Positions 48,148 through 56,122 of a DNA stretch of 64,000 nt are shown piece by piece. Both the position numbers and the translations under genes were made by a program. Where the stretch lies: sequence record MH791411.1, one strand, 5' to 3'. This DNA is from Escherichia phage Ecwhy_1. Each line of letters starts with the position of its first letter. Positions within the stretch are counted from its first letter, which is position 1. The notes under the pieces were generated by a model that ran no database searches, was not told where the DNA came from, and saw nothing but the letters and a program-made list of their open reading frames with translations.

Positions 48148-48290
48148 TTGACAAGTGCATCCAGTACTGGCATAATTACTACATCAAGACGAAACAGTCA
48201 CTAACCCACCGGGTGCCGAGATCCGTCTATTAAATGATTCAGTACTGAAAAAGTAACGGGGAGTTATTATCTCCCCGTGTTGTTATTTTG
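48148..48290 (+). ncRNA. candidate small RNA / orphan plus-strand transcription unit
   Basis: TTGACA-N17-CATAAT promoter (48148-48176), no ORF, ends at bidirectional terminator hairpin CGGGGAGttattatCTCCCCG plus T-run. Confidence 0.3.
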
Positions 48291-48504
48291 TAAGGTATAA
48301 ACAGAAGTCGCCTTTATTTGCTACGCCGCCAGTGTAACGCGAGGAATAGTTAGAAACGTCCTGGACTTCTGCTATTACCAGGGTATCATCATTCAATTCG
48401 TCGCAGAAGCAAACGGCTGGATCTTGTACGCCGATTTTGTCGGCATGTTCCCGCATAGATTTAACCAGTGCTTCCAGTTGGGAAAGAGTAGTGATATTAG
48501 CCAT
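48283..48504 (-). CDS. hypothetical small protein
   Basis: trimmed to MANITTLSQL. Confidence 0.45.
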   Translation of the reverse strand: MANITTLSQLEALVKSMREHADKIGVQDPAVCFCDELNDDTLVIAEVQDVSNYSSRYTGGVANKGDFCLYLTK

Positions 48505-48588
48505 TTTATTTTCCTCATTACCAGGGAGAACCATTTCTCCCTTTGATGTAAACCATTATACAGTACTGAAAACTAATTGCAAGTACTT

Positions 48589-48777
48589 TTAATTAAATTC
48601 CATAAAATCATTTTCAACGTGCACAACAATCTGATTATTTTTAAAGGACGCAGAAAACTCTATACAATCATAAACCGCTTTTTCTGTTACCAGACTATGA
48701 GCACCAATCGGATTAATTGGGGATTGAATTGTTTCAATCTCGTTACCTTGTTCATTAACGATTAAAATATTAAACAT
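48589..48777 (-). CDS. hypothetical small protein
   Basis: 62-aa ORF, ATG verified. Confidence 0.45.
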   Translation of the reverse strand: MFNILIVNEQGNEIETIQSPINPIGAHSLVTEKAVYDCIEFSASFKNNQIVVHVENDFMEFN

Positions 48778-48816
48778 TGCCGTTACTCCTGGATAGTGTT
48801 AACTCGATATAAAGTA

Positions 48817-48999
48817 TTATACGCCTTTATTGCTTAGTGTCCAGTGATCACGCATCATACGCCCCGCACGATCCCAGCTAGTAGGCATGGGTATGCCTTG
48901 CAATTCGTTAGGGGAGATCTCGACCTCGATCCCTACATCAATAACAGTCATTCCAGCTTTCGCAGCTTGCTCGCGGATAACCTCAGATAATGTTGTCAT
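48817..48999 (-). CDS. hypothetical small protein
   Basis: 60-aa ORF. Confidence 0.4.
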   Translation of the reverse strand: MTTLSEVIREQAAKAGMTVIDVGIEVEISPNELQGIPMPTSWDRAGRMMRDHWTLSNKGV

Positions 49000-49073
49000 G
49001 ATTAAAGCTCCTGGATAGTGTTAACTCGATATAAAGTATTATACAGTACTGAAAACTAATTGCAAGTACTTTT

Positions 49074-49334
49074 TTAATATTGTTTGTCGTCGTCTTCCTC
49101 GATGAATTGACCGACGAAATGATCTACTTTCGCTTTGAGGCTTTTATAATCTTCTTCTACTTCCGTTAAACGTTCCTGGTAGTATTCCAATGCTTCAAGA
49201 TACGCCGCCTCAGCAGTTTTTGCACGCATAGCTAAATTCATTCCACGCGTTTCATCAAATAGCCAATAACCATCGGTGCACTGGCTAATAGATAATGACT
49301 TGCTTAGTACTGTATAGCTAATTACTTTACTCAT
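49074..49334 (-). CDS. hypothetical protein
   Basis: 86-aa ORF with terminator-like hairpin downstream. Confidence 0.45.
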   Translation of the reverse strand: MSKVISYTVLSKSLSISQCTDGYWLFDETRGMNLAMRAKTAEAAYLEALEYYQERLTEVEEDYKSLKAKVDHFVGQFIEEDDDKQY

Positions 49335-49391
49335 TAGATAACCCTCAGTAAAGGCGGGAACTATTACCCGCCATTATCTCAGTACTGAATA

Positions 49392-49631
49392 TTACATTCC
49401 AACCATTGCAGCACGGATCGCAGTAGTGCTATACTTAAAGCCGTCCGGCGTTGTAGTAGTACCGTTGGCTTTTAATCTGCGGTACATACATTCCGCAGCA
49501 ATATCTTTAGTTCTACTTTGTGCGATGCAACTTTGAGCAAGCCGATACAATGACTCACCGTTATTAATCCAAAGGCTTACATTCCAATGAGTTTTGTTTT
49601 TGTGTCCGTTGTAAGTTTTAGTACTAGCCAT
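49392..49631 (-). CDS. hypothetical protein (paralog of 51432..51671)
   Basis: shared GHKNKTHWNVSLWINN ... TPDGFKYSTTAIRAAMVGM. Confidence 0.55.
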   Translation of the reverse strand: MASTKTYNGHKNKTHWNVSLWINNGESLYRLAQSCIAQSRTKDIAAECMYRRLKANGTTTTPDGFKYSTTAIRAAMVGM

Positions 49632-49721
49632 TTTTAAATCCTCGTTTGAGCGGGGAACCACTCCCCGCCTCGATATAAAGTATTATACGCTTTTAAACTT
49701 AGTTTGCAAGTACTTTTTAAA

Positions 49722-50333
49722 TTAATATTCGATTGATTCCACTACGCCATCAATAACATTGAATTGATACTCGTTACCCTCAATCAGTGCCGTAATGTTT
49801 TCAGTAGTGAATTGATCCTCATATGCATTCTCTAAATCACGGTACAACTTGCGGGACAATTCACGAATAGTTTCAGTGAGTAGTTCCTCAAGCTCATTAA
49901 CTAACGTTTCTTGTTTTGCGGTTAAATCAGTGTAAGCCGATTCAATGTACCCGCTTACAGTATTCTCATGCGAGTAGTGGGAGTGCGAACGTTTTACACT
50001 CATCGCCAAATCATCTTCATTCAGCAAGTGACGGATTGAGCGATACTTAGTTAATGCTCTTACCTTGCGTAAAAACTTCACTGCGTCAACGTGGTCAGTA
50101 CTGATTGATGCACCGTCACCCTGGGACCAAAAACCACTGAATTGTATTTCAGCGTCATTAATGCCATATTCCGGTAGTACTGTTTCTTTATAGTATTCAA
50201 TTTCACTTTCAGAAAAATAATTGTCGTTTGAGTTTTTTTCACGTTCCCGAACCAGTTCGATAGCTGACGTTTGTTGTTCTGCGTTCAATTCAGAAAAAGC
50301 CATAACATAAGTAGTAGTAGTGATAGTTTTCAT
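49722..50333 (-). CDS. hypothetical protein
   Basis: 203-aa ORF; FSGFWSQGDGASI motif of unknown affiliation; tandem promoters upstream. Confidence 0.5.
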   Translation of the reverse strand: MKTITTTTYVMAFSELNAEQQTSAIELVREREKNSNDNYFSESEIEYYKETVLPEYGINDAEIQFSGFWSQGDGASISTDHVDAVKFLRKVRALTKYRSIRHLLNEDDLAMSVKRSHSHYSHENTVSGYIESAYTDLTAKQETLVNELEELLTETIRELSRKLYRDLENAYEDQFTTENITALIEGNEYQFNVIDGVVESIEY

Positions 50334-50557
50334 TTTGTAACCCTCATTCAGTAGTTGATGTAAGTATTATACGCTTTTAAAAACATTTGTCAAACTATTT
50401 TATCAGGGGAGTTTTTCGTGTGCCTTACTCCTGGGCTACTTAACGGGAAGTTACTTATTTCGTTCCCCGTCCTGATGTAAAACATTATACGCCTTTAAAC
50501 ATAGTTTGCAAGTACTTTTTAAAAATAGTTTTCAGTACTGAATAGTAAAAAAAAGTA

Positions 50558-50586
50558 TTGACAGCATTATCAAGTACTGGTATAAT
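50558..50586 (+). promoter_or_regulatory. orphan sigma70-type promoter TTGACA-N17-TATAAT
   Basis: plus strand, no ORF downstream; faces minus-strand promoter at 50702-50730. Confidence 0.5.
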
Positions 50587-50701
50587 ATACCCCATGACAA
50601 CAGCTAACCCACCGGGTGCACAATTGTAACTATACTAAACTAATTTTTCTATAGATACACTCCCGCACCCTATGGGCTACGGCTTATCTGCCAATGAATA
50701 C

Positions 50702-50730
50702 ATTATGCCAGTACTGACAAAATAAGTCAA
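50702..50730 (-). promoter_or_regulatory. sigma70-type promoter TTGACT-N17-CATAAT (convergent partner)
   Basis: read on minus strand; leader contains AGCCCATAGGGTGC. Confidence 0.5.
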
Positions 50731-50760
50731 TACCGGCAATTGTAAAGATTTGTAAACTGC

Positions 50761-50997
50761 TTATACTGCAATCGCGTCCAGGCTATAATAATAATAAGTG
50801 CCGTATTGGTGTACTTTATTACCTTTTATTTCAGTACTGAATGAATCCGAACGGTTTGCATATGATGTTAATTTAAAGTACTTTGATTTGCTGATACGTT
50901 GCCATACACCACAGATCCGCTGTAAGTAAGTAGTTTTATTCGTGGTAGTATCTTTTACGGTTTTAACTTCAGTCATATACATATTAGTCATTTTCAT
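50761..50997 (-). CDS. hypothetical small protein
   Basis: 78-aa ORF. Confidence 0.4.
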   Translation of the reverse strand: MKMTNMYMTEVKTVKDTTTNKTTYLQRICGVWQRISKSKYFKLTSYANRSDSFSTEIKGNKVHQYGTYYYYSLDAIAV

Positions 50998-51078
50998 TAC
51001 TCCAGGTTATAGGCGGGAAGAGTTCCCGCTCTCGATGTAAAACATTATACGCCATTAAACATAGTTTGCAAGTACTTT

Positions 51079-51342
51079 TTATTCAAGTACTGCAATCTTT
51101 TTAGTACGGTACACGGTCACGCGGTTGCCCTTTCGGTCGAGCTTTATTTCTACCACTCGACGCGATACACTATCGGGACTTTTTAAGGCCGCTAACCAGT
51201 ACTGTAATGATCTGGCGGTACTACGCTTTACAATGGCCCAACGTTTACCACGTTCCGATTGTACGCCCATATCTTTAAACGTTGCCCCGTCCTGGCGTGC
51301 GGCGATCCGAGCTTGTTCACGCGTCGCAAAATACTTAATTTT
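51079..51342 (-). CDS. hypothetical protein (paralog of 37669..38073)
   Basis: trimmed to MKIKYFATREQ; shared motifs with 37669..38073. Confidence 0.5.
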   Translation of the reverse strand, partial: KIKYFATREQARIAARQDGATFKDMGVQSERGKRWAIVKRSTARSLQYWLAALKSPDSVSRRVVEIKLDRKGNRVTVYRTKKIAVLE

Positions 51343-51431
51343 CATGCTGTTGCCCTTATCGTTGGTGTATGAATAAAACACTATTATAAAGTACTATCGC
51401 AAAAAAATGATAGTACTTTAAATAAATTCTA

Positions 51432-51671
51432 TTACATTCCAACCATCGCCGCACGGATCGCAGTAGTGCTATATTTGAATCCGTCCGGTGTTTTATCTTG
51501 TCCAGTCTGTTCTAAAAATAACATCATATGACGGGCCGCATCATTGCGATTAGTGCTATCGTTAATAAAGTCCTGGGCCAACCGATACAATCCCTCATCG
51601 TTATTAATCCAAAGGCTTACATTCCAATGAGTTTTGTTTTTGTGACCTAAGAACATTTTTGATTTAGCCAT
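51432..51671 (-). CDS. hypothetical protein (paralog of 49392..49631)
   Basis: trimmed to MAKSKMF; C-terminus identical to paralog. Confidence 0.55.
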   Translation of the reverse strand: MAKSKMFLGHKNKTHWNVSLWINNDEGLYRLAQDFINDSTNRNDAARHMMLFLEQTGQDKTPDGFKYSTTAIRAAMVGM

Positions 51672-51764
51672 TTTTTTAATCCTCTTATATAGTGGGGAAC
51701 TATTCCCCACCTGATGTAAAACATTATACGCCATTAAACATAGTTTGCAAGTACTTTATTAAAC

Positions 51765-52127
51765 TTATTTGTAAATTTTGCCACTGTCAGCCCATACCAG
51801 GAAACGAGGCATATTATCCCATGCATCTTGTTTTAAGTTTAAGCCGTGCAATTCCTCAGTTGTTGCCATCCCTGGTACTGGCTTACTACACACCGCGAAA
51901 TTTTCGCCCATATACTGATAAACCATCGTCAAATCATTTGAGATCATTATATGGATCATTGAATCCAGCATCAAAGTAGCGGCGTATTGTTCACGCTTAA
52001 GCGGCAACATTGCAATAAGTTCCCGATAAGCTGCAATGTGAATTTTTACAGTTTCAGCCGGAAGACCTTTCATCTCATCGCGGAAGTTTACCAGGTTAAG
52101 CATGATTTTATTGATTTGAGTCGCCAT
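51765..52127 (-). CDS. hypothetical protein
   Basis: trimmed to MATQINKIML. Confidence 0.45.
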   Translation of the reverse strand: MATQINKIMLNLVNFRDEMKGLPAETVKIHIAAYRELIAMLPLKREQYAATLMLDSMIHIMISNDLTMVYQYMGENFAVCSKPVPGMATTEELHGLNLKQDAWDNMPRFLVWADSGKIYK

Positions 52128-52490
52128 CGTTTTAATCTCTCTTAATGTGTAGCGGGAAGTGTTCCCGCTCTCGATGTAAAACATTATACGCTTTTATCAG
52201 TACGGTGCAAGTACTTTCTACAAATACTTTTAAAATAGTTTTCTTTCTATATAGGAGTACTATTATTCAGTACTGCAATCATCCAGGGGAACTATCTTTC
52301 TATATAGGAGTACTATTATTCAGTACTGAATCAATCCACTAAATCATCCCTATACCCCGTAAAACGTCCTCAGACGCATTCTAACGCATTAATACACATA
52401 AGCTATACATTTGCACCATTCCAATCATTCCAGGGCTTTACAGGCCGTTTAAACGCGTTAAATTATTTTCAATTATTTTGTTTTTAGGTA

Positions 52491-52518
52491 TTGACTTGAT
52501 CCTGAAAAAGCGTATAAT
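52491..52518 (+). promoter_or_regulatory. orphan sigma70-type promoter TTGACT-N16-TATAAT
   Basis: plus strand in ORF-poor region. Confidence 0.45.
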
Positions 52519-52716
52519 TACTACATAGACGCGAGAAAGCGGATACCCCAGGGGGTGGGAAGATCCGTCCAAAATTCAAGATATAAAAAAAGGATACACT
52601 CCCGCACCCTAGCAGGTAAACGCACTTTCTCAGTACTGAAATATAGTACCATAGTCCGGCCCAGGATAGCAAGCAAATTAATTAAAACTTTTTTGCTTCC
52701 AGGGTATTGCTTTATT

Positions 52717-52744
52717 TTTCCAGTACTGTATAATAGTTCCATCA
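52717..52744 (+). promoter_or_regulatory. orphan promoter (TTGCTT ... CAGTACTG-TATAAT)
   Basis: plus strand; leader contains AGCCCACCGGGTGC. Confidence 0.4.
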
Positions 52745-52956
52745 AGTCGAGAAAGACTCAAGCCCACCGGGTGCATAGTTACGCCCAAAATTCAGTACTG
52801 AAAAAATTTTTAAAAATATCCGGCCAGGCCGTTGACATTGCCCCCAGTTTATAAGATAATGATTCCAGATTCAGAAAAATCTAACACCAGATACTGCGGG
52901 GAAACTATCCCCACGCGGTAGGGGAACTATTGGAAAAAACAAAATAAAATTTTGAT

Positions 52957-53100
52957 TTAGCCGTCTATACTTCCAGACGTGTAACCATCTAGCCGTTTAG
53001 CCGTCCAAACGTCTAGCCATCCAGCCATCCAGAAATCTAGCCGTTTAGCCGTCTAGATGGATAGCCATCTTTACTTCCAGACTTCTGGAGGGCTAGACAT
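52957..53100. repeat. 8-bp periodic tandem repeat array (about 18 units, consensus TAGCCGTC)
   Basis: in-register 8-mers tagccgtc/tagccgtt/tagccatc/cagccatc ...; flanked by TACTTCCAGAC repeats and CCAGAcTTCTGG palindrome. Confidence 0.7.
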
Positions 53101-54166
53101 ATCTACGCCCAAAATCCATCCAGGGTAACTACGCCCAAAATCCGTCAGTACTATACCATAGATCTATCTTTTGAAAGGGAGTATTCAGTACTGCCATCAT
53201 AGCCCTCACTATGTTACCCTAGGAGGATGAAGACCATCATGTAGTACTGAATACTGTTAGAGGGAATCCACCAGCTTGTGCTGGTGGCATAATGCTTTAG
53301 ATTAAAATCAGTACTGACACCATTCTGTTAATATCAGTACTGTTATTACGATTTTCATATGAGGTTCAAAAAGATGTACCACCACAGGAGGAACTATCTT
53401 TTCTGTACTGTCTCACGACAGGAGGTAGAGTAAATGAATTGTTCGCAGCAACTCATCACCCTATGTAGAACATTATACAGTACTGAATCATAAAGTCAAT
53501 AACTTTCTTTCATCTTTCAGTACTGATATTCTTGAGAACTACCCGACTACAAACATCATTATATCCCACAAATCATAAACGTCCCAACGTAAATTTCAAC
53601 TTTCGAAGATCCAACTTTTATTTCATAGGTACTCCAAAATTTTTAGGATCGAGATTTAGGATGGAGTACTAACCAACTTTTTGCTGGAGCCTCAAGGGGT
53701 AATGGAATTTTACCCCGAAGGGTAAAGGGGTAATTGAAATTAAGGTGAAAGTAATAATTCAGTACTAATCATTGCGTGATTACTTTTGATTACATTTGAT
53801 GTAATTTGCAAAATGGAAAAGGAGCTTGGAAACTACAAAGTACGGCAGACTTCCTCTGCCTACTTAGTGGGATATCGCCACCTTCAGTACTGAATACTTT
53901 TAGGGCAGTACTGAATCCTTCCCTAGCATTCTTGAGTAATCTTGTCTATAATAATCAGTACTGAATCATATATAATCATTCTGTGATTCTACGGTGCTCA
54001 TATAAATGTTTATATATGATTACTTATGACTACATATGATTACGGGGTTTAGCCTGGGGAGAATCCTAGTGATCGCATTTGTCCAGGCTGAATTTTAACA
54101 ATTCTTCTAATTGTTAAAGCCTGTCCAATGCTTTCCCTGCGGAGCTTCCCCTGTCTATATGTTGAA

Positions 54167-54373
54167 TTACTTCCTATATATAAGCATTAACATATAGTAG
54201 TACTGATTATGCTGTACATTCTCTTTAATATTATAAGGGTCTATAGCAATCTCGGTACATCTGTTAAATGCATATCTATTAAATGCCAGTACTATTATAG
54301 ATCTAATCCATGCTTGGTCAGTCGGTGGTAGTTTACTTATATAGTACTCTTTATAGTTTTTTATGTTCTGCAT
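54167..54373 (-). CDS. Fam-C minigene
   Basis: KEYY N-terminus, LIYRK C-terminus. Confidence 0.5.
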   Translation of the reverse strand: MQNIKNYKEYYISKLPPTDQAWIRSIIVLAFNRYAFNRCTEIAIDPYNIKENVQHNQYYYMLMLIYRK

Positions 54374-54384
54374 AGTATACCTTA

Positions 54385-54576
54385 TTATTTCAAAGTACCA
54401 TATAGTACTCTTAATAGGAAGTAGTACGTATTAGAGATATCATTAGTAGTTAAAACAATCTTTGTACACATATTAAATTCGTATTGAGTCATTGCCAGGG
54501 GGATTAAATTGTTAACCCATGCTTGTTCGTTTTCTTTTAGTTTACTTATATAGAAATCTTTATGTTCTTTATTCAT
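54385..54576 (-). CDS. Fam-C minigene
   Basis: MNKEHKDFY ... LRVLYG. Confidence 0.5.
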   Translation of the reverse strand: MNKEHKDFYISKLKENEQAWVNNLIPLAMTQYEFNMCTKIVLTTNDISNTYYFLLRVLYGTLK

Positions 54577-54778
54577 ATAGGAATAGTATACCTATGATGC
54601 CGGAGTACATATTAGTACTGTTATTATTGTCGTTTGCGTTTAAAGTCATTTGAATACAATTATTGTAGCATACTCTGCCGAAATAAGTATCAGTACTTAA
54701 AGGTGCTGTAGTCCTTAGAAACATTTGTTCTGTGGGGCTGAGGTGTTTGGAGTAGAATTCTTTATGTTCTTTATTCAT
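54569..54778 (-). CDS. Fam-C minigene
   Basis: MNKEHKEFY; near-duplicate of 55152..55358. Confidence 0.55.
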   Translation of the reverse strand: MNKEHKEFYSKHLSPTEQMFLRTTAPLSTDTYFGRVCYNNCIQMTLNANDNNNSTNMYSGIIGILFLYE

Positions 54779-54783
54779 ATTAG

Positions 54784-54969
54784 TTAGTGTCTGTATATAA
54801 GTAATAGTAAGAATACGTACTGCACCTGTTCATCTTTAGTATTGAGTACTGTACGTATTGCGTCATGGAACAAGAATATAGTACTTGGGTCATTAGAATT
54901 TAAGGGGTTTACGGGGACGGCGTGTTTGTAGTTCCCTTTAACAAATTGTGTGTAGTATTCTCTATGCAT
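54784..54969 (-). CDS. Fam-C minigene
   Basis: MHREYY ... LLLIYRH. Confidence 0.5.
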   Translation of the reverse strand: MHREYYTQFVKGNYKHAVPVNPLNSNDPSTIFLFHDAIRTVLNTKDEQVQYVFLLLLIYRH

Positions 54970-54970
54970 A

Positions 54971-55159
54971 TCAGTACCTATATATTAGGGCGAGAATGTA
55001 GTACAGTTTATATGTATTATAATCTGGGTTGATAGCACATAGTGTGTGGTAGTGGAATTGTTTGGTATTTTTCTTATCCTTGATATCTATTGGGTTTAGT
55101 GGTATAAGCATTTGGGAGTTTAGTTCCAGATGGTTTAAGTAGAATTCTTTGTTATTCAT
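54971..55159 (-). CDS. Fam-C minigene
   Basis: MNNKEFY ... LALIYRY. Confidence 0.5.
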   Translation of the reverse strand: MNNKEFYLNHLELNSQMLIPLNPIDIKDKKNTKQFHYHTLCAINPDYNTYKLYYILALIYRY

Positions 55160-55358
55160 AGAAGAATATTAGTCCCATTACGCCTGAGTACTGAATATTT
55201 TTGTTATTGTTTTCTAAAGCTTCTAGAGTAATACGTATACAATTATTAAAGCAATCTCTGGCGTGTGGTGTATCTAAACTTAAAGGTGATACACTCCTTA
55301 GAAACATTTGTTCTGATGCACTGAGGTGTTTGGTGTAAAATTCTTTCTGTTCGTTCAT
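55152..55358 (-). CDS. Fam-C minigene
   Basis: MNEQKEFYTKHLSASEQMFLR. Confidence 0.55.
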   Translation of the reverse strand: MNEQKEFYTKHLSASEQMFLRSVSPLSLDTPHARDCFNNCIRITLEALENNNKNIQYSGVMGLIFFYE

Positions 55359-55368
55359 ATTGGCCTCT

Positions 55369-55557
55369 TTAGTACACGAAAGCTAGGTACAGGGTATGAT
55401 ACAGTACTCGATGATAGCTATCAAAATCTAGTATACATGCTTTAGTGCACATAGTAAAGTACACTTTATCGTTTTGAGCATTGATACCGCGAGGTTTATC
55501 TAATAGATTAGTACTGAGGTACATTGGGAAATATTTTGTGTAGTATTCTTTATGCAT
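55369..55557 (-). CDS. Fam-C minigene
   Basis: trimmed to MHKEYYTKYF. Confidence 0.45.
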   Translation of the reverse strand: MHKEYYTKYFPMYLSTNLLDKPRGINAQNDKVYFTMCTKACILDFDSYHRVLYHTLYLAFVY

Positions 55558-55558
55558 A

Positions 55559-55747
55559 TTAGTACCTGAATATAAGTAGGATAGTGTTATATAATTGGTC
55601 ATAGCTACTACTATTTTCTATACTGCGTTCTATGCAATTATTGAATCCCAGTACTGCCAAATCGTTATCCAGGGGGACTTTATATCTGGCGTAGTGTTCA
55701 AAAATACTGGGGAGAAATTGTGTGTAGTATTCTTTGTGGTTGTTCAT
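55559..55747 (-). CDS. Fam-C minigene
   Basis: MNNHKEYY ... LLIFRY. Confidence 0.5.
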   Translation of the reverse strand: MNNHKEYYTQFLPSIFEHYARYKVPLDNDLAVLGFNNCIERSIENSSSYDQLYNTILLIFRY

Positions 55748-55748
55748 A

Positions 55749-55940
55749 TTAGTACTTATATATTAGTAAAAGGATGTGATACAGTACTCTATTATAGTCC
55801 TCAATATCTATCGAGGATTTAGTGCACTTAATGAAATAGTCTTTTTCGTAGTCTTTTTCTATACTCAATTGTTTTGTTGGTACAAGGTGTTGGAGATACA
55901 TTGGGAGTTTCTCTATGTAGTATTCTTTGTGGTTATTCAT
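55749..55940 (-). CDS. Fam-C minigene
   Basis: MNNHKEYY ... LLLIYKY. Confidence 0.5.
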   Translation of the reverse strand: MNNHKEYYIEKLPMYLQHLVPTKQLSIEKDYEKDYFIKCTKSSIDIEDYNRVLYHILLLIYKY

Positions 55941-55948
55941 ATTATGTG

Positions 55949-56122
55949 TTATTTCGTGAAAACAAGGGTTAGTACTGCATAGTACAAGTCATACGTATCT
56001 TTAGGGTTAATAGCACCTTTAATACATTCTTTCATTACTTCATTATAGATAATTTTAGTACTGAATGTATTGGATGTTACTATATCGGAATTAAGGTACG
56101 AGAGGTAGAATTCTTTATACAT
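55949..56122 (-). CDS. Fam-C minigene
   Basis: trimmed to MYKEFYLSYL. Confidence 0.45.
   Translation of the reverse strand: MYKEFYLSYLNSDIVTSNTFSTKIIYNEVMKECIKGAINPKDTYDLYYAVLTLVFTK

Noticed and set aside
48181-48200. Hammerhead-ribozyme-like GACGAAAC in the conserved leader
   Set aside because: The CUGAnGA box is absent and the GAAAC is not conserved between copies (GACGAGAAC at 41700); more likely a simple hairpin.
49722-50333. Anti-restriction assignment for the 203-aa protein with FSGFWSQGDGASI
   Set aside because: I could not tie the motif to a specific characterised family from memory; left as hypothetical pending a profile search.
52484-52854. ORFs 52484..52672, 52521..52745 and 52555..52854 in the ORF-poor region
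   Set aside because: No ATG start (GTG read-through at best), no SD, and they translate through two promoter elements and conserved non-coding motifs.
52200-54160. tRNA genes in the ORF-poor region
   Set aside because: No cloverleaf with a GTTCRANYC T-loop and matching acceptor stem was found by eye; a proper tRNA scan is still needed.
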